Below are positions 1 through 8,880 of a stretch of 64,000 nt of DNA, one piece after another. The position numbers were made by a program, and so were the translations under genes. The stretch is from positions 20,287 through 84,286 of the forward strand of contig JADJZU010000012.1 of the NCBI GenBank assembly GCA_016715625.1, read 5' to 3'. How positions within the stretch are numbered: position 1 is the first letter of the stretch; every line of letters begins with the position of its first letter. The DNA is from Bacteroidota bacterium (lineage in GTDB: Bacteria > Bacteroidota > Bacteroidia > Chitinophagales > LD1). A model generated the notes under the pieces. That model had not been told where the DNA came from, ran no database searches, and was given only the letters and a program-made list of their open reading frames with translations.

Positions 1-697
1 CGCTAATCCATGCTGCAATGTTGGTGCAAACTGCACCGCTGGTACTCTGCGAAAAAGAGCCCCCCACATACATTACCTGTGAAATGGTGTCCGTTATTAT
101 CACATTTACGGTTCCATTCAACCCGCCATCTAAATCGTAGCAAGGCGTAGTTGGTGGATAGCCCGGCTGTATCCAAGCTAACTCATCGATTGTAAACCCG
201 TGTTCTCCTGCCCACTCCTCAACCCCGTCCGTTTTTATTTCATCTACATAAGCAAATTTTTCGTGGGCATCAATCTCCCTCGCCAGAGATTCGTGTCCGC
301 TTTTCATCATTAAGTAACCTACGGCACAGTGCGTTCCTCTTCTATCTATGAATATTGGATTCTGATATGGCAAATAATCATTTATCGGGAAGATGCCGGC
401 TTTGGCATAAGCACTCAGGGCATCGAGTAATTGCGCCCGGTTTTTTCTTTGTGAAGCAGAAAGGTATTGTGTATTTCGCTGGCGAAGGGTTTGCTCCACC
501 AGTGAAAGGTGCGCAGCTATCCAGCCATTAAAATTATTGGGTGTATTTTGAAGAACTATGTTTTGTATGTCTGTCTGCTTTTGCCATTCGGCATTTACCT
601 GCATAAGTTGTTGTAACATTTGATCGGAGGTTGGCAAAGCCAGCGTTGGTTTACTCAAGGTAACCAAACATGCCAACAGGAAGAAAATAACACGCAT
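1..697 (-). CDS. hypothetical secreted protein; 3' end cut by the window edge
   Basis: The minus-strand frame is open from ATG at 697 (complement of cat 695-697) to base 1. It is absent from the ORF track because no stop lies in the window. The translation starts MRVIFFLLACLVTLSKPTLALP, which is signal-peptide-like. No family recognised. Confidence 0.5.
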   Translation of the reverse strand, partial: MRVIFFLLACLVTLSKPTLALPTSDQMLQQLMQVNAEWQKQTDIQNIVLQNTPNNFNGWIAAHLSLVEQTLRQRNTQYLSASQRKNRAQLLDALSAYAKAGIFPINDYLPYQNPIFIDRRGTHCAVGYLMMKSGHESLAREIDAHEKFAYVDEIKTDGVEEWAGEHGFTIDELAWIQPGYPPTTPCYDLDGGLNGTVNVIITDTISQVMYVGGSFSQSTSGAVCTNIAAWIS

Positions 698-802
698 AGG
701 ATGTGATTTATGTTTAAAGATATAATCATAACGCACACCGGGCAAGATGCGTTGCCTCTTCAGTTTATTTTCAAACTTTACTTTTACCCAAAACAATTCA
801 GG

Positions 803-1594
803 ATGAAATATTTCAACGCACTCCTCTGCTGGCTATGTGCTGCCTTACACCTCCAAAGCCAAACATCCATGCAAATGTGTGGCACAGATGAGTATAGTTT
901 TGAACTCTATCGCTCTCACCCGGAGCTACAAACAATGATGGAGCACAACCGAGCTTATCTGAAAGACTTTACAGCACAATACATTGCCAACGAGTCATCG
1001 CGTGGAAGCACCGATTCGTTGTACATCATTCCGGTGGTGTTTCATATAGTGCATATGTATGGCACAGAAAACGTAAGCGATGCGCAGGTGCTAAGTGGCC
1101 TGGAAGTATTGAATCGCAATTTCAGAAAACAGCATCCCGACACCGGCAGCATTCCTACTGCTTTTAAAGCCATAGCTGCCGACTGCGACATTGAATTCAG
1201 GCTGGCGCACAAAGACCCGAACGGCAACTGTACCGATGGAATCAACCGTATTCCGTCCTTGCTAACAAAAGTGGGGGACCACCGTGTAAAGGACCTGATT
1301 CACTGGGAGCCGTCCGCCTATTTAAACGTGTATGTGGTAAAGAGTATCGCCAATCTGGCCGGGCATTGCCTTATGCCTGATCAGGCCGCAGCCAAGCCGG
1401 AATGGGATGGAATCGTTATTGATGACAGTTACCTAGGAAACATCGGTACATCAAGCGAACAAACATCGGTGGTTATGGCGCATGAAGCGGGACACTACCT
1501 GAATCTGTTTCACATCTGGGGTGGAAATAATGTGCCGGGATATTTCTATCAGCCGGTGGGGCAGCCGGCAATTGTGCTATTGGCGATGATGTGA
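803..1594 (+). CDS. M43 (cytophagalysin/pappalysin-like) zinc metalloprotease, N-terminal fragment; frame breaks before the end
   Basis: The likely start is ATG 803 (MKYFNALLCWLCAALHLQSQ, signal peptide) rather than the track start at 710. HEAGHYLNLFH is the HExxHxxxxxH zinc site. The last ~15 residues (…QPAIVLLAMM) look out of frame. Confidence 0.8.
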   Translation: MKYFNALLCWLCAALHLQSQTSMQMCGTDEYSFELYRSHPELQTMMEHNRAYLKDFTAQYIANESSRGSTDSLYIIPVVFHIVHMYGTENVSDAQVLSGLEVLNRNFRKQHPDTGSIPTAFKAIAADCDIEFRLAHKDPNGNCTDGINRIPSLLTKVGDHRVKDLIHWEPSAYLNVYVVKSIANLAGHCLMPDQAAAKPEWDGIVIDDSYLGNIGTSSEQTSVVMAHEAGHYLNLFHIWGGNNVPGYFYQPVGQPAIVLLAMM

Positions 1595-2859
1595 CCGATA
1601 CACCACCCACCACCGGTTGGAGTAATTGCAACCTGAGTGCAGCATCGTGTGGTAATACGATTGATAATGTGCAAAACGCTATGGATTACAGCTATTGCAA
1701 TTTTATGTTTACACAAGGGCAGCGCCAGCGTATGCGCGCAGCCTTAAATTCACCCATCGCCAGCCGCAATAATCTCATAACCGATGCGAATCACCTGGCC
1801 ACCGGTATTGATTTGAACAGCTTGTGTCGGGTAGATTTTAAACCCGACCGGGCAATTACCTGTATGCTTGATACGGTATCCTTCAAGGATAAAAGTATGG
1901 CCACACCCGATAGCTGGCTCTGGAATTTTGGCGATGGTGAAACGTCTACACTGCAAAACCCTACGCATATTTATTATGCAGCAGGCGCTTATCCGGTTAC
2001 GTTACTTGCCACTAAAGGAGCTGACACTATCAGCAGCGCGGTTCAAACCATTTATGTGAGTGATATAAATCCGGTGGCCGCTTATGTGCAGCCTTTCGAT
2101 AGCCTTAACAACTTCAGCGATGCCGCATTGCTCCAGGAAACGGACAATGCTCTACTGGAATTTGAAATTTCGAATGCTAACTCGGGATATAACAGCGCCC
2201 GTGCAGCATGGATACATACTGCAGACACCACCGATGCCTACTCGGGCAGAAGCACGCTTACTTCATCTGCCATACAGCTGGGCGGGCAGGTGAATCCCAC
2301 TTTCAGCTTGCAGTATGCGTGTGCACAGCGCGAGTTAAACAGTGATGATCAGCTAGAGGTATTAATCAGCAATGATTGCGGCCACACCTGGCTCAGTATG
2401 GGCAAGCGCAAAGGGCCCAATCTGCGAACCAATTCTGCAGCCTATAACAATCCGTGGTGGACACCAGCCGATAGCACGGAGTGGAGAGCCTACAGCTTTA
2501 CTATTCCGGCAGCTTATTGTGTGAGTAATTTCATGTTCAGGATAGAAGCCACTGCTTTTCGTTTAAACTCTCTGTATATAGATAACATCAACGTAAATGC
2601 AGACGACTACACGGCCATCGTTGAACCGAAGTTGCCGGTGATGAGCGTCCACCCCAATCCGGCTCATGATCAAATCCATGTGGTAACAGAAGAGCCCGGG
2701 ATATTGACTATCCGCGATGCCCTGGGCAGGGTGGTGATTGAGACGGCTACGCAGACCGGTGTATTGAATATAGGATGTGCCGAATGGAGTGCCGGTATCT
2801 ATGTCCTCTGTTTTAAAGCCAACAACACACAGGTGATGGAGAAGGTATTCGTGTATTAA
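1591..2859 (+). CDS. M43 metalloprotease, C-terminal fragment, with a PKD domain and a T9SS type A C-terminal sorting domain
   Basis: This frame is open from 1531 and reads …GNCAIGDDVTDTPPT…NAMDYSYCNFMFTQGQRQRM, the conserved M43 core downstream of the zinc site. A PKD-like segment follows (WLWNFGDGETSTLQNPTHIY). The last ~75 aa (HPNPAHDQIHV…IYVLCF…KVFVY) look like a Por-type CTD. Confidence 0.8.
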   Translation: MTDTPPTTGWSNCNLSAASCGNTIDNVQNAMDYSYCNFMFTQGQRQRMRAALNSPIASRNNLITDANHLATGIDLNSLCRVDFKPDRAITCMLDTVSFKDKSMATPDSWLWNFGDGETSTLQNPTHIYYAAGAYPVTLLATKGADTISSAVQTIYVSDINPVAAYVQPFDSLNNFSDAALLQETDNALLEFEISNANSGYNSARAAWIHTADTTDAYSGRSTLTSSAIQLGGQVNPTFSLQYACAQRELNSDDQLEVLISNDCGHTWLSMGKRKGPNLRTNSAAYNNPWWTPADSTEWRAYSFTIPAAYCVSNFMFRIEATAFRLNSLYIDNINVNADDYTAIVEPKLPVMSVHPNPAHDQIHVVTEEPGILTIRDALGRVVIETATQTGVLNIGCAEWSAGIYVLCFKANNTQVMEKVFVY

Positions 2860-2893
2860 TCAAGCAACCTCCCAAAGGAATGATTTAAAGATG

Positions 2894-3259
2894 CTATTCC
2901 TCATTTCGTATTACGAGCATATACCAGTCGTTTTCTATAGGCAAATAGCCGTGCTCGTAACAGAAATAGTAAGTGCGACCGGCTTTTGTGTGCAACACGC
3001 TGGTCATGTAGTCAAACGAAAAACCCTTCTGCAGCAGCTTGGCTTTAGATACTTTTGTTTTGCCGCTGCTGTCGGTATTCGATTCTTCCAGAATGCGCCT
3101 GTTTCTTCGTAAAATATTATTGACGTTGCGCACATAATTATTGGCATCGCTGTTTTGTGAATTATTGTAGGTATTCCGGCATTGATCATCACAGAATTTC
3201 TTATCGGCACGACCTTTAATTTCCGCACCACACGAAAGGCATTTTCTATTATCTGTCAT
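2894..3259 (-). CDS. hypothetical protein with an N-terminal zinc ribbon
   Basis: 121-aa ORF. CLSCG…(13 aa)…CDDQC gives a four-Cys motif, followed by a basic segment. Divergent from ssb. Confidence 0.55.
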   Translation of the reverse strand: MTDNRKCLSCGAEIKGRADKKFCDDQCRNTYNNSQNSDANNYVRNVNNILRRNRRILEESNTDSSGKTKVSKAKLLQKGFSFDYMTSVLHTKAGRTYYFCYEHGYLPIENDWYMLVIRNEE

Positions 3260-3300
3260 GCTCCTGAATTATGTATTAAAGGTAGTTAATTCCCGTTTAC

Positions 3301-3369
3301 AAACGACTACAAGCGAAAATTAAACGACTATAAACAATTATTATCCGACTAACGCTGCTACCCCGACTC
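3301..3369. promoter_or_regulatory. phased direct repeats (CGACTA core) in the divergent zinc-ribbon/ssb intergenic region
   Basis: CGACTA occurs at 3304-3309, 3325-3330 and 3346-3351, exactly 21 nt apart. The first two copies share AAACGACTAyAA. A weaker CGACTC lies at 3364-3369. Confidence 0.35.
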
Positions 3370-3429
3370 ATGTTTGCACCATCAATTTTTTTAACCGCTG
3401 TTACATACTACAGCACAAAAACAAACAAC

Positions 3430-3768
3430 ATGAGCAATTTAAAAAACAGTGTTCGCCTGATTGGCAACCTGGGCAATGCGCCCGAAGTAAAAACCGTTAC
3501 TGATTCCAAAAAACTGGCAAAATTCAGTATGGCCACCAACGAAACCTATAAAAACGAAAAAGGTGAAAAGGTGACCGAAACCTATTGGCACAATATAGTG
3601 GTGTGGGGTAAGCTAGCCGGCATAGCAGAAAAGTATTTGCAAAAGGGCAGCGAAGTAGCCATTGAGGGAAAGCTGACCAACCACAGTTACACCGATAAAG
3701 ATGGCAACAAGCGATTTGTGACAGAAATAATCGCGAGCGAAATTTTAATGATGGGCAGCAAAAGCTAA
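3430..3768 (+). CDS. ssb: single-stranded DNA-binding protein, short form with no acidic C-terminal tail
   Basis: The SSB OB-fold signature is present (VRLIGNLGNAPEVK…WHNIVVWGKLAEIA-like…VAIEGKL…R). The start is taken at ATG 3430 (MSNLKNS) rather than 3370. The protein ends …ILMMGSKS with no D-D-[IL]-P-F tip. Confidence 0.85.
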   Translation: MSNLKNSVRLIGNLGNAPEVKTVTDSKKLAKFSMATNETYKNEKGEKVTETYWHNIVVWGKLAGIAEKYLQKGSEVAIEGKLTNHSYTDKDGNKRFVTEIIASEILMMGSKS

Positions 3769-3782
3769 GCGTGCTAAAACCG

Positions 3783-3813
3783 AACACCCCGCCAATAGGT
3801 GCGGGGTGTTTTA
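3783..3813 (+). terminator. stem-loop after ssb
   Basis: aacaccccgc (3783-3792), loop caataggt, gcggggtgtt (3801-3810), then tta. This is a 10-bp GC-rich stem with a weak U tail. Confidence 0.5.
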
Positions 3814-3851
3814 TGTCGTCAGATTAAAGTACTATTGTAAAAAAATACGAC

Positions 3852-4214
3852 ATGGATATCAGCGGAAAACTCATTCAGATTTTACCGGCACAAACCGGAA
3901 CAGGCAAAAACGGACCCTGGAAGAAATGCGATTTTGTTATTGAAACAAGCGACAAATTCCCCAAAAAAGTATGTATTAGTGCCTGGAACGACCAATGTTC
4001 TCAGATAGAAAAAATAGCGATTGGAAGCGATTTGAAAGTAAGCTTTGACATCAGCAGCCGCGAGTACAACAGCCGCTGGTACACCGATGTAAAGGCATGG
4101 AAAATTGCTGTAGAAGGAAGCGCGCCCCAGCAAAACAGCAACGAGGATGAAGTAGTGCAATACAACAAAGCCGATTTTGAAAACGAGCAACCCGCAGATG
4201 ATTTGCCGTTTTAG
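3852..4214 (+). CDS. DUF3127-family protein ending in an SSB-like acidic tip
   Basis: MDISGKLIQILPAQTGTGKNGPWKKCDFVIET… matches my memory of the DUF3127 N-terminus. The C-terminus reads …ENEQPADDLPF. Confidence 0.7.
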   Translation: MDISGKLIQILPAQTGTGKNGPWKKCDFVIETSDKFPKKVCISAWNDQCSQIEKIAIGSDLKVSFDISSREYNSRWYTDVKAWKIAVEGSAPQQNSNEDEVVQYNKADFENEQPADDLPF

Positions 4215-4278
4215 ATTACAAGGTTGCCACTGAGGGACGGAGATTTTCTTCGAGCCCCGGCAAATTGTGGCCATAAAA

Positions 4279-5643
4279 TTATCCTCTTAAATGCAGTCCC
4301 TTTGGTTTGGTGAAAGCCCGCAAGCCTACATGTGAAAGTGTAGAGCCGAAACCAGAATGCTTCCTTCCGCTCCAGGGCAATGCAGCACTTACCCGGTCGC
4401 AGCAATTCCAGTAACCGGAGCCGCTGTTGGTTTGAGCCAGCAATTTTTCTGCGCGCGATTTTGAGGAAGTATATACCGCAGCCGTTAACCCGTATTCGGT
4501 ATCATTCATTAACTGCAGTGCTTCTTCATCGCTCTTCACTTTCTGTATTCCTATAACAGGTCCGAAGCTTTCCTCGCGCATCAATTTCATTTTGTGGTTT
4601 ACGTTGACCAAAACGGTTGGCTCGTAGAAGTTCCCTTTGCCGCTTCGTTTCTTTCCACCCGTCAGCACTTTCGCTCCTTTCTTCACGGCATCCTTTACCT
4701 GTGCCTCTACTACCCGTAACTGTGCTTCGCGGGTAAGGGCACCGATGTACACTCCATCTTCGGTGGGTTCGCCAACTTTGTAGCCCTTCACTTCTTTTAA
4801 AAACTCTTCCACGTATTTGTTGTAAACCTTTTCGTGCACGTAAATGCGCTCCACACTGCAGCAGCTTTGTCCGTTGTTGTAGAACGCGCCATCGGCAGTT
4901 CCGGCAGCTATGCTCTTTATATCCTTTACATCAGCAGCTACATACAGCGGGTCTTTGCCGCCAAGTTCTAAACCACACGGAACCATTTTAGGAGCAACCT
5001 TCTCATAAATGAACTTACCAGTAGCATAAGAACCGGTGAAGAAATAGCCGTCAAAATTCAAGTCTAATAATGCTGCGCCTACTTCGCGCGCACCTACAGC
5101 CACCTGAAACACATCATCGGGCACTCCGGCTTTTTTCAAAAACTTTTCAATCTCTAAACCAGTAAGGGTAGAAAATTCAGATGGTTTGTACAAAACAGAA
5201 TTACCGGCTAACAATGCAGGAACAAAAACATTCGTTCCAACCAGATAAGGATAATTCCATGCGCTGATGTTGCACACCACCCCGAGTGGTTCGTAGGTAA
5301 TTACTTCTTTGGTGTTACCGTCATCGCCCATTACTTCATCACTCAAATATTTATCGGCATTAGCGGTTAACCAGGCAATACGATTGCGCGCACCGTTTAC
5401 TTCGTTCCGACTTTGTTGTAATGGTTTCCCTACTTCGCTGGTAAGCACACGCGCACATTCTTCGATGTTTTCCTTCAACAGCTCTGCGAACTTTTGAAGA
5501 ACAGCGATGCGCTTTTTCAATGGCACAGCACTCCATTTCGGCTGCCCTTTGCGCAGGGTTTCCAGTTTTTTCTTCAGCGAAGAATTGTTGTCTTCTTTTA
5601 GGTTGGCGAGCACTTGCTCGGTTGCAGGATTAATAATTTTCAT
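4279..5643 (-). CDS. NAD(P)-dependent aldehyde dehydrogenase
   Basis: 454 aa. Carries the ALDH catalytic motifs LELGGKDP (Glu) and NNGQSCCSVER (Cys). Confidence 0.9.
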   Translation of the reverse strand: MKIINPATEQVLANLKEDNNSSLKKKLETLRKGQPKWSAVPLKKRIAVLQKFAELLKENIEECARVLTSEVGKPLQQSRNEVNGARNRIAWLTANADKYLSDEVMGDDGNTKEVITYEPLGVVCNISAWNYPYLVGTNVFVPALLAGNSVLYKPSEFSTLTGLEIEKFLKKAGVPDDVFQVAVGAREVGAALLDLNFDGYFFTGSYATGKFIYEKVAPKMVPCGLELGGKDPLYVAADVKDIKSIAAGTADGAFYNNGQSCCSVERIYVHEKVYNKYVEEFLKEVKGYKVGEPTEDGVYIGALTREAQLRVVEAQVKDAVKKGAKVLTGGKKRSGKGNFYEPTVLVNVNHKMKLMREESFGPVIGIQKVKSDEEALQLMNDTEYGLTAAVYTSSKSRAEKLLAQTNSGSGYWNCCDRVSAALPWSGRKHSGFGSTLSHVGLRAFTKPKGLHLRG

Positions 5644-5654
5644 AATTTGATAGT

Positions 5655-5720
5655 AACCATTAAGGGCACTAAGTTCATTAAGAAATTCAGAACTTTATGC
5701 TCTTAATGTATTTAATGGTT
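5655..5720. repeat. intergenic palindromic repeat, copy A
   Basis: The left arm is aaCCATTAAGggCACTAAGttCATTAAG. The right arm cttaatgtatttaatggtt is its imperfect reverse complement and overlaps the last codons and stop of the 5712-6413 gene. Confidence 0.6.
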
Positions 5721-6413
5721 AATCTGAACTTGGTGTAAAAAGGCTTCTCTGATATTTTTTGAACACACTTCATCTTGCTTCATTCTCTCCGGATGCCATT
5801 GCACACAAAGCATCCAGGGCTCATCGATTTTGTCTTTCCACTCTACGGCTTCAATCACCCCATCTTCCGAAAGGGCTGTTGCAATCAGTTCATCGCTCAA
5901 TCTTGCTATGGCCTGATGGTGTGCACCATTGATATTCGCAGTTGTGTTTCCAATAACTTCTTTCAATAAGGAATTTTCAGAAATAGAAATGCTGTGCTCA
6001 TCATCCATATCATTCATTCGTCTATGGTTTTTCTTGCAGGCCTCTTCCAAGTCCTGTATTAAATCGCCACCCAGTGCCACATTTACTAACTGCAAGCCAC
6101 GGCATATAGCCAACACCGGCAATTTTAAATTCATGGCAGTTTCAAAGACATGCATTTCAAACTCATCTCGATCTTCGTTAAACTTTCCATCGCCATTCGG
6201 AAACTCCAATCGTTCATTTTCATAAAAGCGGGGATGAATATCTACGCCACCGGTCAGCACAATCCCATCGCAATCTTCTACCAAATCCCACACTTCATCC
6301 TTATGGTGTTTCTCCCAATGCAATTCAACAATCTCAATGTTGTCGTCATCGCCTTTTATCCATTTGGGATAATTCTCCCAGCGCGATTCGGTGAAGGTGA
6401 GTCCTATTTTCAT
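5712..6413 (-). CDS. gamma-glutamyl hydrolase, PuuD-like (peptidase C26, class I glutamine-amidotransferase fold)
   Basis: AICRGLQLVNVALGG carries the nucleophile Cys and VQWHPE the His. 233 aa. Confidence 0.8.
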   Translation of the reverse strand: MKIGLTFTESRWENYPKWIKGDDDNIEIVELHWEKHHKDEVWDLVEDCDGIVLTGGVDIHPRFYENERLEFPNGDGKFNEDRDEFEMHVFETAMNLKLPVLAICRGLQLVNVALGGDLIQDLEEACKKNHRRMNDMDDEHSISISENSLLKEVIGNTTANINGAHHQAIARLSDELIATALSEDGVIEAVEWKDKIDEPWMLCVQWHPERMKQDEVCSKNIREAFLHQVQINH

Positions 6414-6423
6414 TTTTATTATT

Positions 6424-6494
6424 TACCACTAAGGACAATCAGTTCAGTGAGAATACCAAATTCAATTTTAATATTCTTAATGTGTTTAGCGGTT
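6424..6494. repeat. intergenic palindromic repeat, copy B
   Basis: ttACCACTAAGgaCAATCAGttCAGTGAG … cttaatgtgtttagcggtt. Same architecture as copies A and C. Confidence 0.55.
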
Positions 6495-6503
6495 ATTTGT
6501 CTT

Positions 6504-6926
6504 CTATTCTTTCGGCAAATCAGCAAACTTTTCGGTTACAAAATGTTTAGCACTTGCCTTATCAGTAATTTGTGTAGTGTTAAAATTTATTAGAATTCCC
6601 TTGTAGCTATCAGTTAGTTTCAGATAGCTGATTATTTGTGCTTCATGAATAGGTGACAAGGATTCAACTGCTTTTAACTCCAATACTATTTCATCTTCCA
6701 CCAAAACATCAATAAACAAATGTCCACCCAAATCAATTCCTTTATACAGAATAGGAACGCGTACTTGCGATTGCACTCGCAGTCCGTGCCGCTCTAATTC
6801 ATACATTAAACACAACTCATAAACAGATTCAAGTAAACCCGGACCACAATGTTTGTTTACCTCAATGGCACAGCCCATTACTTCGTAGGCAATTTGATTG
6901 AGGTATTTCTGTGTTAAGTAAACCAT
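6504..6926 (-). CDS. GxxExxY protein (PD-(D/E)XK-like family)
   Basis: 140 aa. The family-defining segment GLLESVYELCL (GxxExxY) is present, followed by …ELKAVESL…. Confidence 0.8.
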   Translation of the reverse strand: MVYLTQKYLNQIAYEVMGCAIEVNKHCGPGLLESVYELCLMYELERHGLRVQSQVRVPILYKGIDLGGHLFIDVLVEDEIVLELKAVESLSPIHEAQIISYLKLTDSYKGILINFNTTQITDKASAKHFVTEKFADLPKE

Positions 6927-6936
6927 ATAAATGTTT

Positions 6937-7002
6937 TACCACTAAAAACATTAAGTCCATTCAGAAAAACAAGCCTTAATAGATCTTAGTGACCTTAATG
7001 GT
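6937..7002. repeat. intergenic palindromic repeat, copy C
   Basis: ttACCACTAAAaaCATTAAGtcCATTCAG … cttagtgaccttaatggtt. The reverse complement of the right arm (aaccattaaggtcactaag) is nearly identical to the copy A left arm. Confidence 0.6.
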
Positions 7003-7008
7003 TGCTTT

Positions 7009-8148
7009 TTAAAGTGCTTCACCATAAAGCGCTCTGAAATCAGCGCGGCTTACAGGTTTAGGATTGTTCGGGTGTGCAAAGTCGGCAAACGCCAAATCAG
7101 CCAGTGTTTCTAAGTGTTCTTCTTTCACTCCTACTTCGCGTAGTTTGTGCGGAATGCCGATACGCGAATTCAAATCAAACAGATAATTCACCACACCATC
7201 GCCACTCTCCTCTTCCAAATCAAGCGCGCGAGCCATTCTACGGAAACGGTCTTCAAAACCCGCTATATTGAACTTCATTCCATAAGGAATGTTTACTGCA
7301 TTCGCCAAGCCATGGTGTGTATCCAACAAGCTGCTCATAGGATGCGCCAATGAGTGAACAACACCTAATCCTTTTTGGAAAGCGATAGCGCCCATCATAC
7401 TGCCCAGCAACATATTGGAACGGCTTTCTACATCAGGGCTATTTGTGGCTTTCTCCAACGAAAGTGAAATCAAGCGCATACCCTCTAATGCAATACCATC
7501 GCAAATCGGATGATAGTTTTTGGCTAAAAAGGCTTCCATGTTGTGGGTCAATGCATCCATACCGGTAGCAGCCGTAATAAAAGCTGGTAATTCCATTGTA
7601 AGCATCGGATCAGCAAAAACAATTTTGGCCAGCAGCTTGGGCGAGAAAAGAATTTTCTTCTGATGCGTTACATCATCGGCAATAATGGCACTCCGACCAA
7701 CTTCGCTGCCTGTGCCGGCTGTAGTGGGCACTGTTACAAAGTGCGGAACATCATTCGTTACATACACATCGCCACCAATCAGGTCGTCATACTTAAACAA
7801 ATCTTCGCGGTGGTTAATGCGAAGCAGAATGGCGCGAGCCACATCGAGTCCTGCACCTCCGCCTATTCCTACAATGCAATCGCCTTTGTGTGCATCATAT
7901 GCATCGGTACCAGCATACACATCGCTTTTAACAGGGTTCTTGTGTATGTTGCTGAAAACTTCGGCTGCAAATCCTTTCGCCTTTAAGTCTTCAACAATGG
8001 CTTTGAAGAAACCAAGCTGCGCCACATTAGGGTCGGTAACTACCAGCGGGCGGCTAATGTTGTTCTTCTTTAAATAATCGGGAAGCTCTTTTACTACCCC
8101 TGCTCCGAAACGGATGGTGGTTGGAAAGTTAAATTGGGAGATAGACAT
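7009..8148 (-). CDS. iron-containing (group III) alcohol dehydrogenase
   Basis: 379 aa. Motifs GIGGGAGLDVARA and the His cluster HSLAHPMSSLLDTHHGLANA are present. Confidence 0.85.
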   Translation of the reverse strand: MSISQFNFPTTIRFGAGVVKELPDYLKKNNISRPLVVTDPNVAQLGFFKAIVEDLKAKGFAAEVFSNIHKNPVKSDVYAGTDAYDAHKGDCIVGIGGGAGLDVARAILLRINHREDLFKYDDLIGGDVYVTNDVPHFVTVPTTAGTGSEVGRSAIIADDVTHQKKILFSPKLLAKIVFADPMLTMELPAFITAATGMDALTHNMEAFLAKNYHPICDGIALEGMRLISLSLEKATNSPDVESRSNMLLGSMMGAIAFQKGLGVVHSLAHPMSSLLDTHHGLANAVNIPYGMKFNIAGFEDRFRRMARALDLEEESGDGVVNYLFDLNSRIGIPHKLREVGVKEEHLETLADLAFADFAHPNNPKPVSRADFRALYGEAL

Positions 8149-8232
8149 CTGAAAGCGTATTTATATTTTAATGGAGATATGAAAAAACATACACAAACTT
8201 ACTTGAGCCGACATGAAATGCAAACCAACTTT

Positions 8233-8688
8233 TTACTGCACTACCCGATCGTTGATGAAAATATATAGTCGCTCTACCATCCATACAAAAAAAAGCCAGG
8301 CAGGGAAATAGTCCAGTTGAATAAAACCCATAACATGCCAACCTGTTTTATACTCCCAGGGGCAACTACCCGTGATGGTCTGCAGCAAATACCCCGACAC
8401 AAACTCTACTGTATACAGGAGCACAACATAGAATGGCAGCCGCACCCAAAACTTCCAATGAGCCACGTTGTGATGAAACAAAACTCCAAGAATGGGAATT
8501 AAACCATAGATAAAAGCCATCCACACATAGGTATGACCGGTCATGCTGGCCAATGGTTTATCACAAAATGGCTTTTGGTGTGCAAGTGCCAAAAAAGCAG
8601 TAAAGAACACTTCGGTGGTAATGCCAAGACACACAAAAAAGATAATCATGAAGAATGTGTGGCCCCTGCGGTGTTGGCTAAACGGCAT
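8233..8688 (-). CDS. small polytopic membrane protein, possibly of the 'putative ABC-transporter type IV' (PF06541-like) family
   Basis: 151 aa with about four hydrophobic spans. The GSCPWEYKTGW motif resembles the G-x-CPWDY signature as I recall it. Confidence 0.5.
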   Translation of the reverse strand: MPFSQHRRGHTFFMIIFFVCLGITTEVFFTAFLALAHQKPFCDKPLASMTGHTYVWMAFIYGLIPILGVLFHHNVAHWKFWVRLPFYVVLLYTVEFVSGYLLQTITGSCPWEYKTGWHVMGFIQLDYFPAWLFFVWMVERLYIFINDRVVQ

Positions 8689-8880
8689 AATTCAAATAAT
8701 TATTGAATGTGAAACGAAATTTCATAGATCAAACAATTGTCTACTTTAGTAAAAATCACTACACATGAAACTAATTCAAGCGCTGCTTTCGGTTCTATTG
8801 CTACCACTTAGAATCATTCAAAAAATTTCTCCCAAACAAAAGAACAACGACCCTAACAAACAGCCCCGCAAATAAAAAGG

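Noticed and set aside
8765-8875. 36-aa plus-strand ORF (MKLIQALLSVLLLPLRIIQKISPKQKNNDPNKQPRK) in the gap between the membrane-protein and polyprenyl-synthase genes
   Set aside because: It could be a small membrane peptide. It is too short to support without conservation or expression data, and it lies opposite to the surrounding operon.
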